From Nemertoderma westbladi (taxonomy: Eukaryota; Animalia; Xenacoelomorpha): a stretch of DNA of 64,000 nucleotides. The translations under genes were made by a program, and so were the position numbers. The first letter of the stretch is position 1. Every line of letters begins with the position of its first letter. The notes under the pieces are model-generated. The model saw only the letters and a list, made by a program, of their open reading frames with translations, was not told the DNA's origin and did not search any database. The stretch covers positions 39,084 through 103,083 of the forward strand of contig JAUCBJ010007163.1 in NCBI GenBank assembly GCA_032718475.1, in the 5' to 3' direction. Positions 1 to 11,293 of the stretch are shown here, in pieces.

Positions 1-866
1 AGAAACTCAGAACTGACAATGATGTAAAGGATGCTTACACCGTAGAAGTAAAGAAAGTGCAGGAAATAAAGTAATCGTTAACGGACATGCGACATGCAGC
101 CACCGCTCATAACATAAGCTGGAGCCACAAGTCACCAGCCACTGGATCGGTAACAGAGCTGGATTGAGCAATAGACCGAATATAAGAAATTTCTAGAGAG
201 GCTTTGAGAGCAGAGCGGCTGCCTTGACACTCGATAGTGGCATTAATGCGGTTTATGCACTTCGTAACTCTTCCTCGAACTGGATTAAATCTGCTTTGAG
301 ACACTTCAGTCAATGGATGAAGACCAGTCCACCGATTCAATATACCAGAATATAATAACAGCCCACAAGGAATCAGCTAAGAGGCATATCCCCCAGAAAC
401 CCAAATGAAAACAGTATGTGCCATGGCAAAACTCTGAGGTTACTTGTAAGAGAGAAGATCTTAAGATAGCCTAAAAAGTTAAAACCAAACAACCAACAAC
501 CGAAAACATTAACAAGATTGATATAGCTAAGGACGATCTTAAATTGGCCTACAACATCAGCCAGGAAAAGTACATCCAGGGTAAAATTGAAGCAATTACA
601 ACTACTCACATACACCAACAACCAAGACTTACCTGGCAAACTGTAAATTAGGTATCTGGTCAGAAAAGTTGTGCAAAGGGGCGCCTCAAAGCCGATAGAC
701 TTGAAGAACGTGTTGGTAAGTGGAAAAATCACTTCAGCTACTTGCTTGGGCAGCCACCAAACATCGAGGTCAGCCCTACAAGAAAAATATATGACAAGAC
801 ACTACCTATAGAAACAGGGGACTTTACACCTGCCGAACTCCAAAGAGCATTAAAAGCCTATCCAAT
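1..866 (+). pseudogene. Decayed RTE-like non-LTR retrotransposon fragment (region between endonuclease and RT), cut by the window start and ending at about 866
   Basis: Manual translation gives KLRTDNDVKDAYTVEVK...FETLQ...YVPWQNSEV...PRLTWQTVN*VSG...WKNHFSYLLGQPP...TGDFTPAELQRALKA with several in-frame stops, typical of the RTE-type ORF2 linker. An unrelated insert of about 230 bp lies at about 56-290. Confidence 0.7.
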
Positions 867-1116
867 TGTTCGCGGTATTTCAACTTTTCATAATGCGAGT
901 TGAATATTTTTCGGATTTATTTATAATGAATATTCCAATTGTAAAAGCTTTTGCGGACATAACAAGTCATTTTTCCGCAATGCGCAGAATACTCTAAAAT
1001 AGCCCTAAATTTATCCAACTACGCGACAGGAAGGAATTGGAGCTGGTGTGACGACATCTATCAGCTGATTCTTTGTGGACGTGGAATAGTTCTTTGCTCC
1101 AGCCAATCAGAGCGAT

Positions 1117-1353
1117 TGTGGGCGTATCTACTATTGCTGCGAGGCAGCAGACAAACAAAACCTTTGTCTGTAGCAGATACTGTGATCATATATAATAGGG
1201 TCCTCTGTGGACCGGTCAGGGCATGCAGTAAGTAGCCTAGATAAACTGGTGGTACTGACTGACTAACACCGACATACAGACTGTCCAACACCGGTAGGTC
1301 TCTCCCCCCTCGTCCCAGGGTGTCCGTGGGGCGAGCCATATATTATCACCACA
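1117..1353 (-). repeat. 3' LTR of the Gypsy element (237 bp), with PPT (AAGGGGG on minus, 1354-1360) immediately inside
   Basis: TGTGGGCGTA...TCACCACA, near-identical to 5891-6128, followed by CCCCCTT. Confidence 0.95.
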
Positions 1354-1412
1354 CCCCCTTACGAGCTCGGATTAGCCATCTAAGGCTGTGCCAAGCTATC
1401 AACCGTTCTGTC

Positions 1413-4400
1413 CTACAGTCTGTCGGGTTGCTGACGCGTCCGTTTTGGATACCTCGAAACTGAAAGTTTATCGAAGGTCTGAGTTTCCACTAGGGGTTCA
1501 CGCCAATGCAGTTTCTTGGTGGGTGTGGGTCCTGTTGGGGCCGCATCCGGTGGTGGAGGGCCCATTGGTGTCGCCTGGTGGGCGGTGTCCGGGATTAGTA
1601 AGCGTCGGTTCCGGACAAGGGTGCGTCCGGACGGCATCCGGACTGTATACTTCCGGTGGGAACCAGTCTCTACGACGGTTCCAGCGCGATCCCATCGCTT
1701 GGTGGTCGGGTGTTGAACCCTTACCCGGGCGCCTACCGTGAGAGGTTCCAAATCTTTGGCGCCGCGGTTGTACTGGGTGGTCCGGGCCGATTTGATGGCT
1801 GGCGCCACCCGGTCTAGCTCCGTCCGGGTCTCTTGTATAGTCCGGGCGAAGGCGGTGTGGAGAGCTGGGACACGCGTCCGCATTGGGTGTCCGAAGACAA
1901 TGTCCGCTGGGGAAGAGCCGCTCTCCCTGGGGCTGTTGCGGAGTTCCAGGAGCCCCTCCAGAAACACTTCGGACGTAGTAGAGCCCCCGGTCTTTACCAG
2001 AAGGCTCTTCAGGGCCTTTACCGCCGACTCGGCGTGCCCATTACTCTGGGGGTATTCCGGTGACGACGTGACCGGTGTGACCCCCCATTCCTTCAGGAAT
2101 TTCGTCGTCGCTGCCGCGGTGAAAGGGGTCCCGCCATCCGAGCGAAAGCGGGTCGGCACCCCGTACTGGATGAACCAGTCTCGCAGGGCGGTGATTGTCC
2201 GGTCGGCAGTAGGTGGGGCGGAAAACGAGTACACTTCCGGCCATCCGGAATATCGGTCGGCAGCGGCCAGGAAGTGCTTCGCCCCAAGGGAGAAGAAGTC
2301 CCCCGAAACGTCCTCGAAGGGTCGAGTGGGTGGAGGTTCCGACTGGAACGACTCCTTTGTCTGGCTCGATCGGCCGGTCAGACATTCGCTGCAAGCGCCC
2401 ACGGTCGTCCGGACATCGTTAGTTATGCCCGGCCAGTAGACACACTTCCAGGCACGTCGTAGCGTCTTCTCCACCCCCTGGTGCGAGGCGTGGAGGCGCG
2501 TAAGGGTAGATTTCCGCGACGCTGTGGGGACCACAATGCGATGGCCCAGCAGGGCCAGGTCCCCGTCCGTGGTTAACTGGTCCCGGACAGACCAGAAGAT
2601 GTTCACCGCTGGGTTCGTCCGGGTGGATTCCGGAAACCCAGCCTCGATAGCCGCGAGTAGGGCTTTGTAGTCCGGATCGTCCCGAGCCAGTCGGGCGAGT
2701 TCATCGAGGACTGGATCCGCGAGGTGGGCGGAATCGGAGCCGGTTATGTCGGCAGCGGTCTGGCGGGTGACGGCCCGGATGTACGTCGCCATTTCGCCGT
2801 CGTCCACGATGTCATCCGGTGTCGGGTCGTCGACGGGGGCGCGGGACAACGCGTCGGCTATGGCGTGGTCCTTCCCCTTTGTCCACGTGGTGGTAAACTG
2901 GTAGGGAGCCAGTTTCGTTTTGAGCCGCTGGAGGCGCGTGTTGTCGGTCGCGTCCACTGTGTACTTGTCGATAATCGTCACCAACGGCTGGTGGTCAACG
3001 ATTAGGTTGAAGTGTGGTAGGCCGAGAAGGTACTTACGGCACTTCTGCACTGCCCATACGACGGCGAGCAGCTCGAGTTCTACCATGGCATACCGGGACT
3101 CGGTCTCGGTGGTGAACCTCGAGCCGCACTCGACCAGCTTCCAGTCCTCCCCGTGAAGTTGGAGGAGGGTGTAGCCGAGGCCCTTCAGCCGGGACGCGTC
3201 TGTCACTAGGCGGGTCTCCCGGGTCGTGTCAAACGGGACGAGGGCCGGCGGTGACGTCAGAGCCAGCTTGGTGGCCTCGAAGGCCCATTCGTGGTCCACC
3301 GTCCAGATGAAGGTCGCCTTCGTGCTTAGGAGGGGACGTAGCGGGGACATCGCGGCAGCGATGTCTGCTGAGAACGGAGAGAGTTGCTCCACCAGTCCGA
3401 GGAAGCTCCGTAGATCGGTGATGTTCCCAGGGCGGGGGAAGCCGGCGATCGCCTTCAGTTTCTCAGGGTCGGCTTTTATCCCGGAGGCACCGACGAGGTA
3501 CCCAGCGAACCGAACCTCGGTCTGGGCAAACTGAACCTTCCCCGGGTGTAACGTGATCCCGTAGGTCCAGCACCGCTCCATAAACCTCGCGATGTTCTCC
3601 ATGTGTTCCTCCATTGTATCGTTGTAGAGGAGTACATCGTCTACAACCTTGATGAGGTTAGGAAGTCCCTGGATGGCGTCGTCGCCTCGACGGTTAAACT
3701 CGTCGCCGGACGAGATCAGCCCCATCACACCAGGAGTGTGACAGTACCGGCCCCAGGGAGTCGCGAAGGTGGTGAGGAGTTGGGATTCCTCGTCGAGGGG
3801 AACCTGCCAGTAGCCACTGGCTGCGTCGAACACGGAGAAAATCTTTGCAGTCGTGGAGACTCCGGCGACTGCGGTCCGTGGATTCGGCGTCGGGTAATAG
3901 GGGCGTCGGACCTGCGAGTTTAGGTGGTGGAGGTCCACGCAGAGTCGCAGTCCTCCATTGGGTTTAGGCGCCACCGTCATCGGATGGGCCCATTCCGTAG
4001 GTTCCTCGACCCGGGTGATGACTTCCCGTCGCTCTAGCTTGTCGAGGAGTTCTTTCACCTCGTCCCGCATCGCGAACGGGACAGGTCGCGCGCCGTTGAC
4101 GTGGAACGGCTTGGCCCCGTCCTTCAGCTGGATACGCATGGGCGGGCCATGCATCGTTGGAAGAGGCGCGGAGTCGTTGTCAAACACGTCGCTGAACTCG
4201 CGGAGGAGATTGTCCCGGGAGCGGATCGCCGGGGACGGAGCAACAGAAGCGACGGTTCCGCGGCTGTGTAGGGGCGCCGGGAAGGTGTGCGGGAGGATGT
4301 CCAGGTCCTGGATGGTCTTCTTCGAGAGGATCAGTCCGTCGGACTCGGGAGAGATGACCAGCTCGGTGGTCGCCGTCGTCCCGCAGTAGTTGATCTCCAC

Positions 4401-5861
4401 TGGGTACCTCCCCACGGCCGCCATGGGGAGTCGGTTGGCCGCCTCGAACTTGTCGTCATCTCGAAGCGAGAGGAGGTCGTCGAGTCGCCCTCCGAACCGG
4501 AGAAACAGTCCCTGGTTGAAGATGTTAGCGGCCGCACCACTGTCCGGGAGGGAGTGACGAACCGTCCCCTTGAGGTTCCCGATCCCGGAGTCCGTCAGGC
4601 CCACCGCGATATAAGAGAGTTTGCAGGCTGTTTCCTGATTGTTGGCAACGCTGCTAATACTCTGGCAGTGGTACACTGTGGACACCCTCTTCTTGGTGGC
4701 GGATCGGGACCGGCACATCCGCTTGATATGCCCCGTCCTGCCACAGCCGTGGCACTTGACCCCCTTGGCGGGGCATTCCGAGCCCGCCTCATGGGGTTCC
4801 CGGCCGCAGTTGCCGCAACTGCGGCCGCTAGGGTTCCGCCACGCGGGGTCGGGTGATGAGTTCCGGGTGCCCATCAGGGAGCGGGAGATAGCGGGGTTGC
4901 GGGAGGTCGAGCATTCGCGTTTGTACGCGGAGAGTTTGTTTACTGGTTTCCCGCTCGCGAGGATCGAGTCGTTCCGTTCGCTAGCTTCCACGCTCTGCGC
5001 GATCCTCACGCAGTCCTCGAGGGTCGGTTGAGGAAGAACCTTGAGGAGTTCCGTCCGGGTCTCTGAACATCGGAGACCCACTAGGATCTGGGTAACGATC
5101 TGCCGGTCGCGGCAGTTCCCACAGAGCTCCGCAGTGTCTGCGAGATCCTCCAGGGCCACCCGGAAGGAATCGAATCCCTCGGTCGCGCCTTGCCGGCGCT
5201 CGTGGAACTTGATCGCGTCGATCGCGATACTCCTCTTGGCGCGGAGGTGGCCCTGGAGTGCATCGAGGACCGTCTCCGTGGTTGTATCGTCCGCGTCGAT
5301 GTCCACGTGTAGGGTGACGCGGATGGTCTCCTGTAGGCCGCTACCGAGGGCAGCAACGAGAGCGTAAACCTGCTCGGCTCGCGGGAACGTAGCGACATGT
5401 TGTCGGTGGGCGTGGACCCGCCACGCCTGTCTCCACCGGCGGAACATGGAGAACTCGACGTCCACGTCGATCTTCTCCATCGTCGAGATGTTGATTACCC
5501 GGCGTCGGGGAACCGGGTTCGTGACGGCCCCCGCGTACGTGGGTTGGGTCGTCGGTAGTTCCGGTGTGGCGGCCGCCGCCACGCCGGGTTGTAAAGCCGC
5601 GAGGAGTTTAGCGATGCGGTCGTCCGCGGCCGCCTGTTGTTGAAGTAGGCGGTCATCCGCAGCCTCCTGGCGACGGTTGGCGTCCTCCTGCTGTTGCGCC
5701 AGCAGCTGAGCCATAGCAGTCTGCTGTTGGGCGAGGATTCGCGCGAGGTCGTCCATTCGGATAGGGGCGCGCCTGCCGCCTCGGGCTTCTAGAGTTTCGT
5801 CGCCGTCGCTGCTGTCCGCCGTGGGCGGGGACTTGATCTTCCCTTTGGATTTAGGCGGCAT
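1413..5861 (-). CDS. Gypsy gag-pol polyprotein, 1482 aa (Gag with two zinc knuckles, protease, RT, RNase H, integrase)
   Basis: CGNCGREPH...C and CHGCGRTGHIKRMC knuckles, LPDSGA protease, FDAASGYWQ and VVDD RT motifs, TDAS and DALSR RNase H, LHASHQG...CSEC and GDFF/SDGG/AESAVK integrase in Gypsy order. Confidence 0.97.
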   Translation of the reverse strand: MPPKSKGKIKSPPTADSSDGDETLEARGGRRAPIRMDDLARILAQQQTAMAQLLAQQQEDANRRQEAADDRLLQQQAAADDRIAKLLAALQPGVAAAATPELPTTQPTYAGAVTNPVPRRRVINISTMEKIDVDVEFSMFRRWRQAWRVHAHRQHVATFPRAEQVYALVAALGSGLQETIRVTLHVDIDADDTTTETVLDALQGHLRAKRSIAIDAIKFHERRQGATEGFDSFRVALEDLADTAELCGNCRDRQIVTQILVGLRCSETRTELLKVLPQPTLEDCVRIAQSVEASERNDSILASGKPVNKLSAYKRECSTSRNPAISRSLMGTRNSSPDPAWRNPSGRSCGNCGREPHEAGSECPAKGVKCHGCGRTGHIKRMCRSRSATKKRVSTVYHCQSISSVANNQETACKLSYIAVGLTDSGIGNLKGTVRHSLPDSGAAANIFNQGLFLRFGGRLDDLLSLRDDDKFEAANRLPMAAVGRYPVEINYCGTTATTELVISPESDGLILSKKTIQDLDILPHTFPAPLHSRGTVASVAPSPAIRSRDNLLREFSDVFDNDSAPLPTMHGPPMRIQLKDGAKPFHVNGARPVPFAMRDEVKELLDKLERREVITRVEEPTEWAHPMTVAPKPNGGLRLCVDLHHLNSQVRRPYYPTPNPRTAVAGVSTTAKIFSVFDAASGYWQVPLDEESQLLTTFATPWGRYCHTPGVMGLISSGDEFNRRGDDAIQGLPNLIKVVDDVLLYNDTMEEHMENIARFMERCWTYGITLHPGKVQFAQTEVRFAGYLVGASGIKADPEKLKAIAGFPRPGNITDLRSFLGLVEQLSPFSADIAAAMSPLRPLLSTKATFIWTVDHEWAFEATKLALTSPPALVPFDTTRETRLVTDASRLKGLGYTLLQLHGEDWKLVECGSRFTTETESRYAMVELELLAVVWAVQKCRKYLLGLPHFNLIVDHQPLVTIIDKYTVDATDNTRLQRLKTKLAPYQFTTTWTKGKDHAIADALSRAPVDDPTPDDIVDDGEMATYIRAVTRQTAADITGSDSAHLADPVLDELARLARDDPDYKALLAAIEAGFPESTRTNPAVNIFWSVRDQLTTDGDLALLGHRIVVPTASRKSTLTRLHASHQGVEKTLRRAWKCVYWPGITNDVRTTVGACSECLTGRSSQTKESFQSEPPPTRPFEDVSGDFFSLGAKHFLAAADRYSGWPEVYSFSAPPTADRTITALRDWFIQYGVPTRFRSDGGTPFTAAATTKFLKEWGVTPVTSSPEYPQSNGHAESAVKALKSLLVKTGGSTTSEVFLEGLLELRNSPRESGSSPADIVFGHPMRTRVPALHTAFARTIQETRTELDRVAPAIKSARTTQYNRGAKDLEPLTVGARVRVQHPTTKRWDRAGTVVETGSHRKYTVRMPSGRTLVRNRRLLIPDTAHQATPMGPPPPDAAPTGPTPTKKLHWREPLVETQTFDKLSVSRYPKRTRQQPDRL

Positions 5862-5872
5862 GGGCCCAAGTT

Positions 5873-5890
5873 ATCCTACACACTGCGCCA
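5873..5890 (-). promoter_or_regulatory. Primer-binding site, probably tRNA-Ser
   Basis: TGGCGCAGTGTGTAGGAT on the minus strand directly after the 5' LTR, resembling the complement of the tRNA-Ser 3' end (...ACTGCGCCA). Confidence 0.75.
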
Positions 5891-6128
5891 TGTGGGCGTA
5901 TCTACTATTGCTGCGAGGCAGCAGACGAACAAAACCTTTGTCTGTAGCAGATACTGTGATCATATATAATAGGGTCCTCTGTGGACCGGTCAGGGCATGC
6001 AGTAAGTAGCCTAGATAAACTGGTGGTACTGACTGACTAACACCGACATACAAGACTGTCCAACACCGGTAGGTCTCTCCCCCCTCGTCCCAGGGTGTCC
6101 GTGGGGCGAGCCATATATTATCACCACA
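5891..6128 (-). repeat. 5' LTR of the Gypsy element (238 bp)
   Basis: Direct repeat of 1117-1353. Confidence 0.95.
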
Positions 6129-8866
6129 GCGATTTTCCCCCTTATGTCTGACAGAGGCCTATGGAAATTCGCGCAATGCATTACGGTCTTTGTTTACTAT
6201 TTTTCTGAGCACCAGAACCGGCTTGGAATTTTCTGTACTTCTGTGTAGAAGTTTCAGACTTTGGCCTAGAACATCAGATGGCTTTGATTATAAGAACGTA
6301 AATCTATTATCCTACCTGACAATCCACTCACCACCCATCTCACCAGACTTTCATAAGTAACACATACTGACTGTTCACTGCATTATTTTACTTCTGTTTA
6401 CGGTCTGTTATTAATTGTTGTTATATTAATGGATATTGCTGTTATATTTGGAGAATACCGATAAATAATCATAAAACCCCCAATCTTCTTGATTACTGAA
6501 GGTAAGAGGAACAGGTTTACCGGTAGCAACTGCGAATTACATTATATTGGTTTTGTGTGAATTAAATGCTATTTCATAATCCCTACTTGTGTCAGTTGCG
6601 ATCCTCCTTATATATGATCAAATTCAGTGACGGTCGGCAGATTAGTGCAAAGTAGTGTGAGAGGTGAGTCGGTGAAGTAGTGTGAAGGATAATAAAGCAT
6701 CTCCTAAAGAATGCGCTATTTACGAAACTCTGTTGCCATCTAGTTGTGATTAGTATAAGTCATAACTCTGTTTTTATACTTAAAGCGCCACGTCCTAAAG
6801 GAACTGTTAATATTTCCCCAAAAGTAAATATATGTCAGAGATTATATAGTAATGGTAAATCGAATAATACAGTAGGTCTACACTGCAATAACTCTCAAGG
6901 AATCCGAATCCAGTCTCCCAAAACCATGGGTGAAAGGTCGCGCACAGACTGGCTTCGGCTGATGTAACTTCAGTACACTAAGTAATTAATATAGGCTAAA
7001 GTCGATTTATAAACAAGAGGACAACTAAAATAGGCAGGTTAAACTGCTAAAGGTCTAAAAGCGCAAACAATAATAGATTTTAAGTTTTTTTATTGCGCCA
7101 TAGACAATAAAGTCGAATTTACTGGTCGGACAGTAAACTGTAGGCCTAACTGCCCAACCACCCGAATGGTACTTACAAGCCCCAGTATTATTTTGATTGT
7201 GAAATATTGTATATTGTAGGCTGTTAGTGGATTAGGGATTGATCACCCCTTATTCCTTTGTATGGTTTACTTATTTCTGTCAGTTTTATTTATCTGTAAG
7301 TGTAATATTGAGCAGAAGGCGTGTAAGCCTGCTCAGATTGTATAAATAATTTGTAGGCCAGATTGTTGTCTAACTGTTGTTAGGTCTGAGGCGATTGCAG
7401 TGTGTGTAGAGTGCCTGTCCGATAAAGTTCTAGTTAGGAAGGTGGGGGCATCCAGTGCTGTAAGGTAAATCCCCCCCCCCCCCCCCCGAAAGAATAAGTC
7501 GTACTACTCGGTTAGAATGCCTATTAACTAACCATTTCGGAGTCTGCATATACTGTAGTTTATTTAGGCTTGACAGTGGTCTGCCAGCATTTGGTCTGTG
7601 TTTTGTTTAAATAGTCTGCACGGGTAGCGTAATATTTATTATTCAGAGTCTATATGAGTATTCGCAACCTCCAATTCCCCAAGTTTATTCCTACAGTAAT
7701 TGTGCTTGTTATACATACCGTTATAGTTAAATTAACCCCGGTACTACATCAGGGCTGCTTGGCATAGATAAAGACTGGTGATTTTGTGCTCCGGTCACTC
7801 CAGCAGATACCGTGGTTCTTTTGGCTGTTCAAGTATATTTATCTGCTGGTTATTTGTTGTATAAGTACTTGTACCTAATTTAGGGTTTAGAGTACAGTGC
7901 TTTCCGAAAGTAATTTAGTGTATAGGCAGTATATTTGTGTTGTAATGTGGTTAATAGGCACGTTAGCTCTGGTTGGCTTCGGTAATTAACCTCTAGGTAA
8001 GGACACTCCGGGTACATAATGTAGTACTTATAGAGCTAAGACTATAAGTCGTCAGACGGTGGTATTTCCTTATCTGGACAACGCAATTTACTTACTACTG
8101 CTTTATTGTTTTCAAATACCGTGGTTTCCTGTCAGTTTGTAAGAACCAGAAATTCTAACTCCTTGTTAGGCTGGTTTGTAGATTTCTTGTAAAATTACCC
8201 TAAAAATTGTACGTGTAACTTTTATTGTTTATTTAGAGATTGTAATCTCAACGCATCTGTAATTGTAAGTAATTTGTAGTGATAAGTAACTTAGTAAAGT
8301 AGAATTATCTGTATTAGTGTCTAGCAAGTAGCACTCCACTGAGAGCGTTCAGCTTCTGTGTAGTGACTCCTTATCCAGAAATAATAACATTTATTTCAAA
8401 TATTGTGAAAAACCCCTTGTATGAGTATATATATATATTTATAAATCAACTTAATCAGATTTATAAAATAGTAGGCCTGTCATACATCGAATAGGTCTTA
8501 ATATCAGTTGAACTACTGCTTAATAACAGTAATAAAGTAAAGGGAAGTAACCCTAAAATTCAGAAATTCTGTTATTATTAAATAATTGACATTACCGGTA
8601 TTTACGGTAAGCTTATTATATTTATTTATATAAATTTAGGCTGAAATTATATACCGGTATTCTGTGACTAATCCTAGTCTGTAAATAATACTTATATATA
8701 CTATAAGTGTATACCGGTATTTTAATATTAATTATATATATCACATTACACTGAGTAACGGTATCGGTAACTAACTACTAGGCTTACAGTTGATACTGAA
8801 TTCCTAAACAACTTACTTTAACTGTCGTTATAGTAGTAGGCATTCAACTGTAAAATAAATCATGGC

Positions 8867-11293
8867 TGTAAAAGCTTTTGCGGGATTAGCTAGTCATTTT
8901 TTCCCCGCAAAGTACTCTATAGATGTTTTAACGGACATAAAAGCCGTTTCCTTACTGTACCGGTATTTAGTGGACATAAAAAGCTATTTTTCTGTATGTG
9001 TACTTTGGTGGACATAACTAGCAATCTTATGTCGCAATACGCGATAATACTCTCTACACAGTGTAGTTCAGATTACGACATCTATCAGCTGATTTGGTGT
9101 ACTCGTGGAAGTTTCTTTGTTTAGGCCTACTCTATGCAATCACTCAACCAATCAGAGCGATTCTCTTGCTTTTACACAGAAACCTCCGAGAAATCGCGCA
9201 ATGCATTACGGTTTATGTTTACCTTTTTCCTTATGCCACGAAGACCGGCTTTGGAATCTTTGTGTTTTCAGGCTTTAGCCCAACATTAGTAGGCTTAATT
9301 ATAGAACGTATATCTGTTATCAATACTCAATTCTATCTCGGTATCAATCACTTAACATATCATATCATATCTTAACATTTATACTGCTATTTACTGTCGG
9401 TTATTCATTATATCAGTTGATGGAATATTATATTTGGAATATCGATAAATAATAACAAACCCTCAATCTTCTTGATATGCTGAAGGTAAGAGAGACCGGT
9501 TACATATAACGATTGCGACTTACATTAAAGTGGTTTTGAAGTGAATCTAATGCTATTTCATAAGCACTACAAGTATCAGTCATTGTTCTCTTTATATGTG
9601 ACTAAAATTAGTGAAGGTCGGCAGATTGGTGTGCAGTATTGTGCAGTAGCGTGTATAATTGAGACTGATAACAAAGCATATCCTAAAGAATGCACCATAT
9701 ACGTGAATCTATAGCCATCCAGTTGTGTCTAGTTTAAGTCATAGCTCTGTTTACATATTTAGAGCGCCACGTCCTAAAGGAACTATTAATATTTCCCGAA
9801 AGTGAATAATATTTGTCAGAGATTATATATTACGATCAGTTGAATAATACAGTAGGCTTACACCGCAATAAGATTAAGCCCACGAATCCAGTCTCCCGGG
9901 TATATCCAGCGGGTGAATGGTCGCGCATAGACTGGCTTCGGCTAATGTAGTGTATCCAATACTCGTCATAGGCTAAAGTCATAGGCTTAGTTTATTCCTA
10001 CAGTAATTGTGCTTGTTATATATACCGTTATAGTTAAACTAACCCCGGTACTACATCAGGGCTGCTCGGCGTAGGTAAAGACTGGTGATTTTGTGCACCA
10101 GTCACTCCAGCAGATGCCGTGGTTCTTTTAGCTGTACAAGTATTTCTAACTACTGATTATTTGTTGTACAAGTACTTGTACCTAATTTAGGGTTTAGTGT
10201 ACAGTGCTTTCCGAAGGTAATTAGTGTGTAGGCAGTATATTTGTGTTGTAAAGTGGTTAATAGGCACGTTGGTTCTGGTAGACCGCGGTAATTAACTTCC
10301 AGGTAGGAACACTCTGTGATACATAACGTAGTACCTATAGCGATATGGCTATAGGTCGTCAGACGGTGGTATTTTCCTATCTGGACAACGCAGTGTCCAG
10401 TAGTAAATCTACTTATTATTTTCAAATACCGTAGTATCCTGTCCGTTTGTAATAACCAGATTTCTAACCCTTTGTTAGGCTGGTTTGTAGACTTCTTGTA
10501 AAATTACCCTAAAAATTCGTATTTGTGTTTTTTGTAATTTTTGTGTTTATTTAGAGATTGTAATCTCACCCAGAATTGTACGTAATTTGTAGTAATAAGT
10601 AACTTAGGTAAATTAGAATTATTTGTTTTAGTGTCCAACAAGTAGCACTTCACTGAGAGCGAACAGCTTCTGTGTAGTGACTCCTTCCCAGAAATAATAA
10701 CATTTATTTCAAATATTGACAAAACCCATTAAACGGGTATATATATTATAAATCAATTCAAACGATTTATAAATAGTAGGCCTGCCATACAACAATTAGG
10801 TCTCAATATCAGTTGGACTACTGCTCAGATAACGGTAATAAAGTAAGTAAAGTAACCAAGTAACCCCTAAAATTCAGAAATTCAATTATTTAAAATAATT
10901 GATATACCGGTATTTACGATAGGCCTATTATCTTTATTTCTATAAATTTAGGCTGAAATTATACCGGTATTCTGTAATTAATTCTAGTCCAGAATTATAC
11001 TTATATATACTATAAGTGTAGGCTGTATACCGGTATTCATGATAGGCCTATTATATATTTATATATATTTGTGCTAAAATTATATACAGGTATTCTGAGA
11101 CAAACCTAGTCTGTAATAATACTTATATATATACTATAAGCATACCGGTATTCTAATATATTATATATATATCACGCTACACTGAGTAGCAGTATCGGTA
11201 ATTAATTACTAGGCTTACAGTTAATACTGAATTACTAGACTTGCTTAGACTGTAATATAGCAGTAGGCATTCAACTGTGCAAACAAACATGTC
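8867..11293 (+). repeat. Leader module A, copy 2 (about 2.4 kb), ending in the gag ATG at 11289
   Basis: Diverged tandem copy of 940-8866. Ends CATTCAACTGTGCAAACAAAC-ATG versus CATTCAACTGTAAAATAAATC-ATG in copy 1. Confidence 0.9.

Larger units (their letters stand above)
1117..6128 (-). mobile_element. Intact, young Ty3/Gypsy LTR retrotransposon (Mag-like)
   Basis: TG...CA LTRs at 1117-1353 and 5891-6128 differing by one substitution and one 1-bp indel. 5-bp TSD GCGAT at 1112-1116 and 6129-6133. Single uninterrupted gag-pol ORF, PBS and PPT present. Confidence 0.97.
940..8866 (+). repeat. Leader module A, copy 1 (about 2.9 kb after removing the Gypsy insert), ending in ATG at 8862
   Basis: Colinear blocks shared with 8867-11293: TGTAAAAGCTTTTGCGG, ACGACATCTATCAGCTGATT, CCAATCAGAGCGATT, CGCGCAATGCATTACGG, AGCGCCACGTCCTAAAGGAACT, CCCCGGTACTACATCAGGGCTGCT, AGTAGGCATTCAACTGT. 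Has about 680 extra bp (about 7003-7681) including C16. Confidence 0.9.

Noticed and set aside
1388-6053. Many short ORFs overlapping the Gypsy element
   Set aside because: Shadow ORFs of GC-rich coding DNA and LTR sequence.
7471-7486. Poly(C) tract as a picornavirus-like leader feature
   Set aside because: Absent from A copy 2, and similar G/C homopolymers occur at about 49340 and 49540 in unrelated context.
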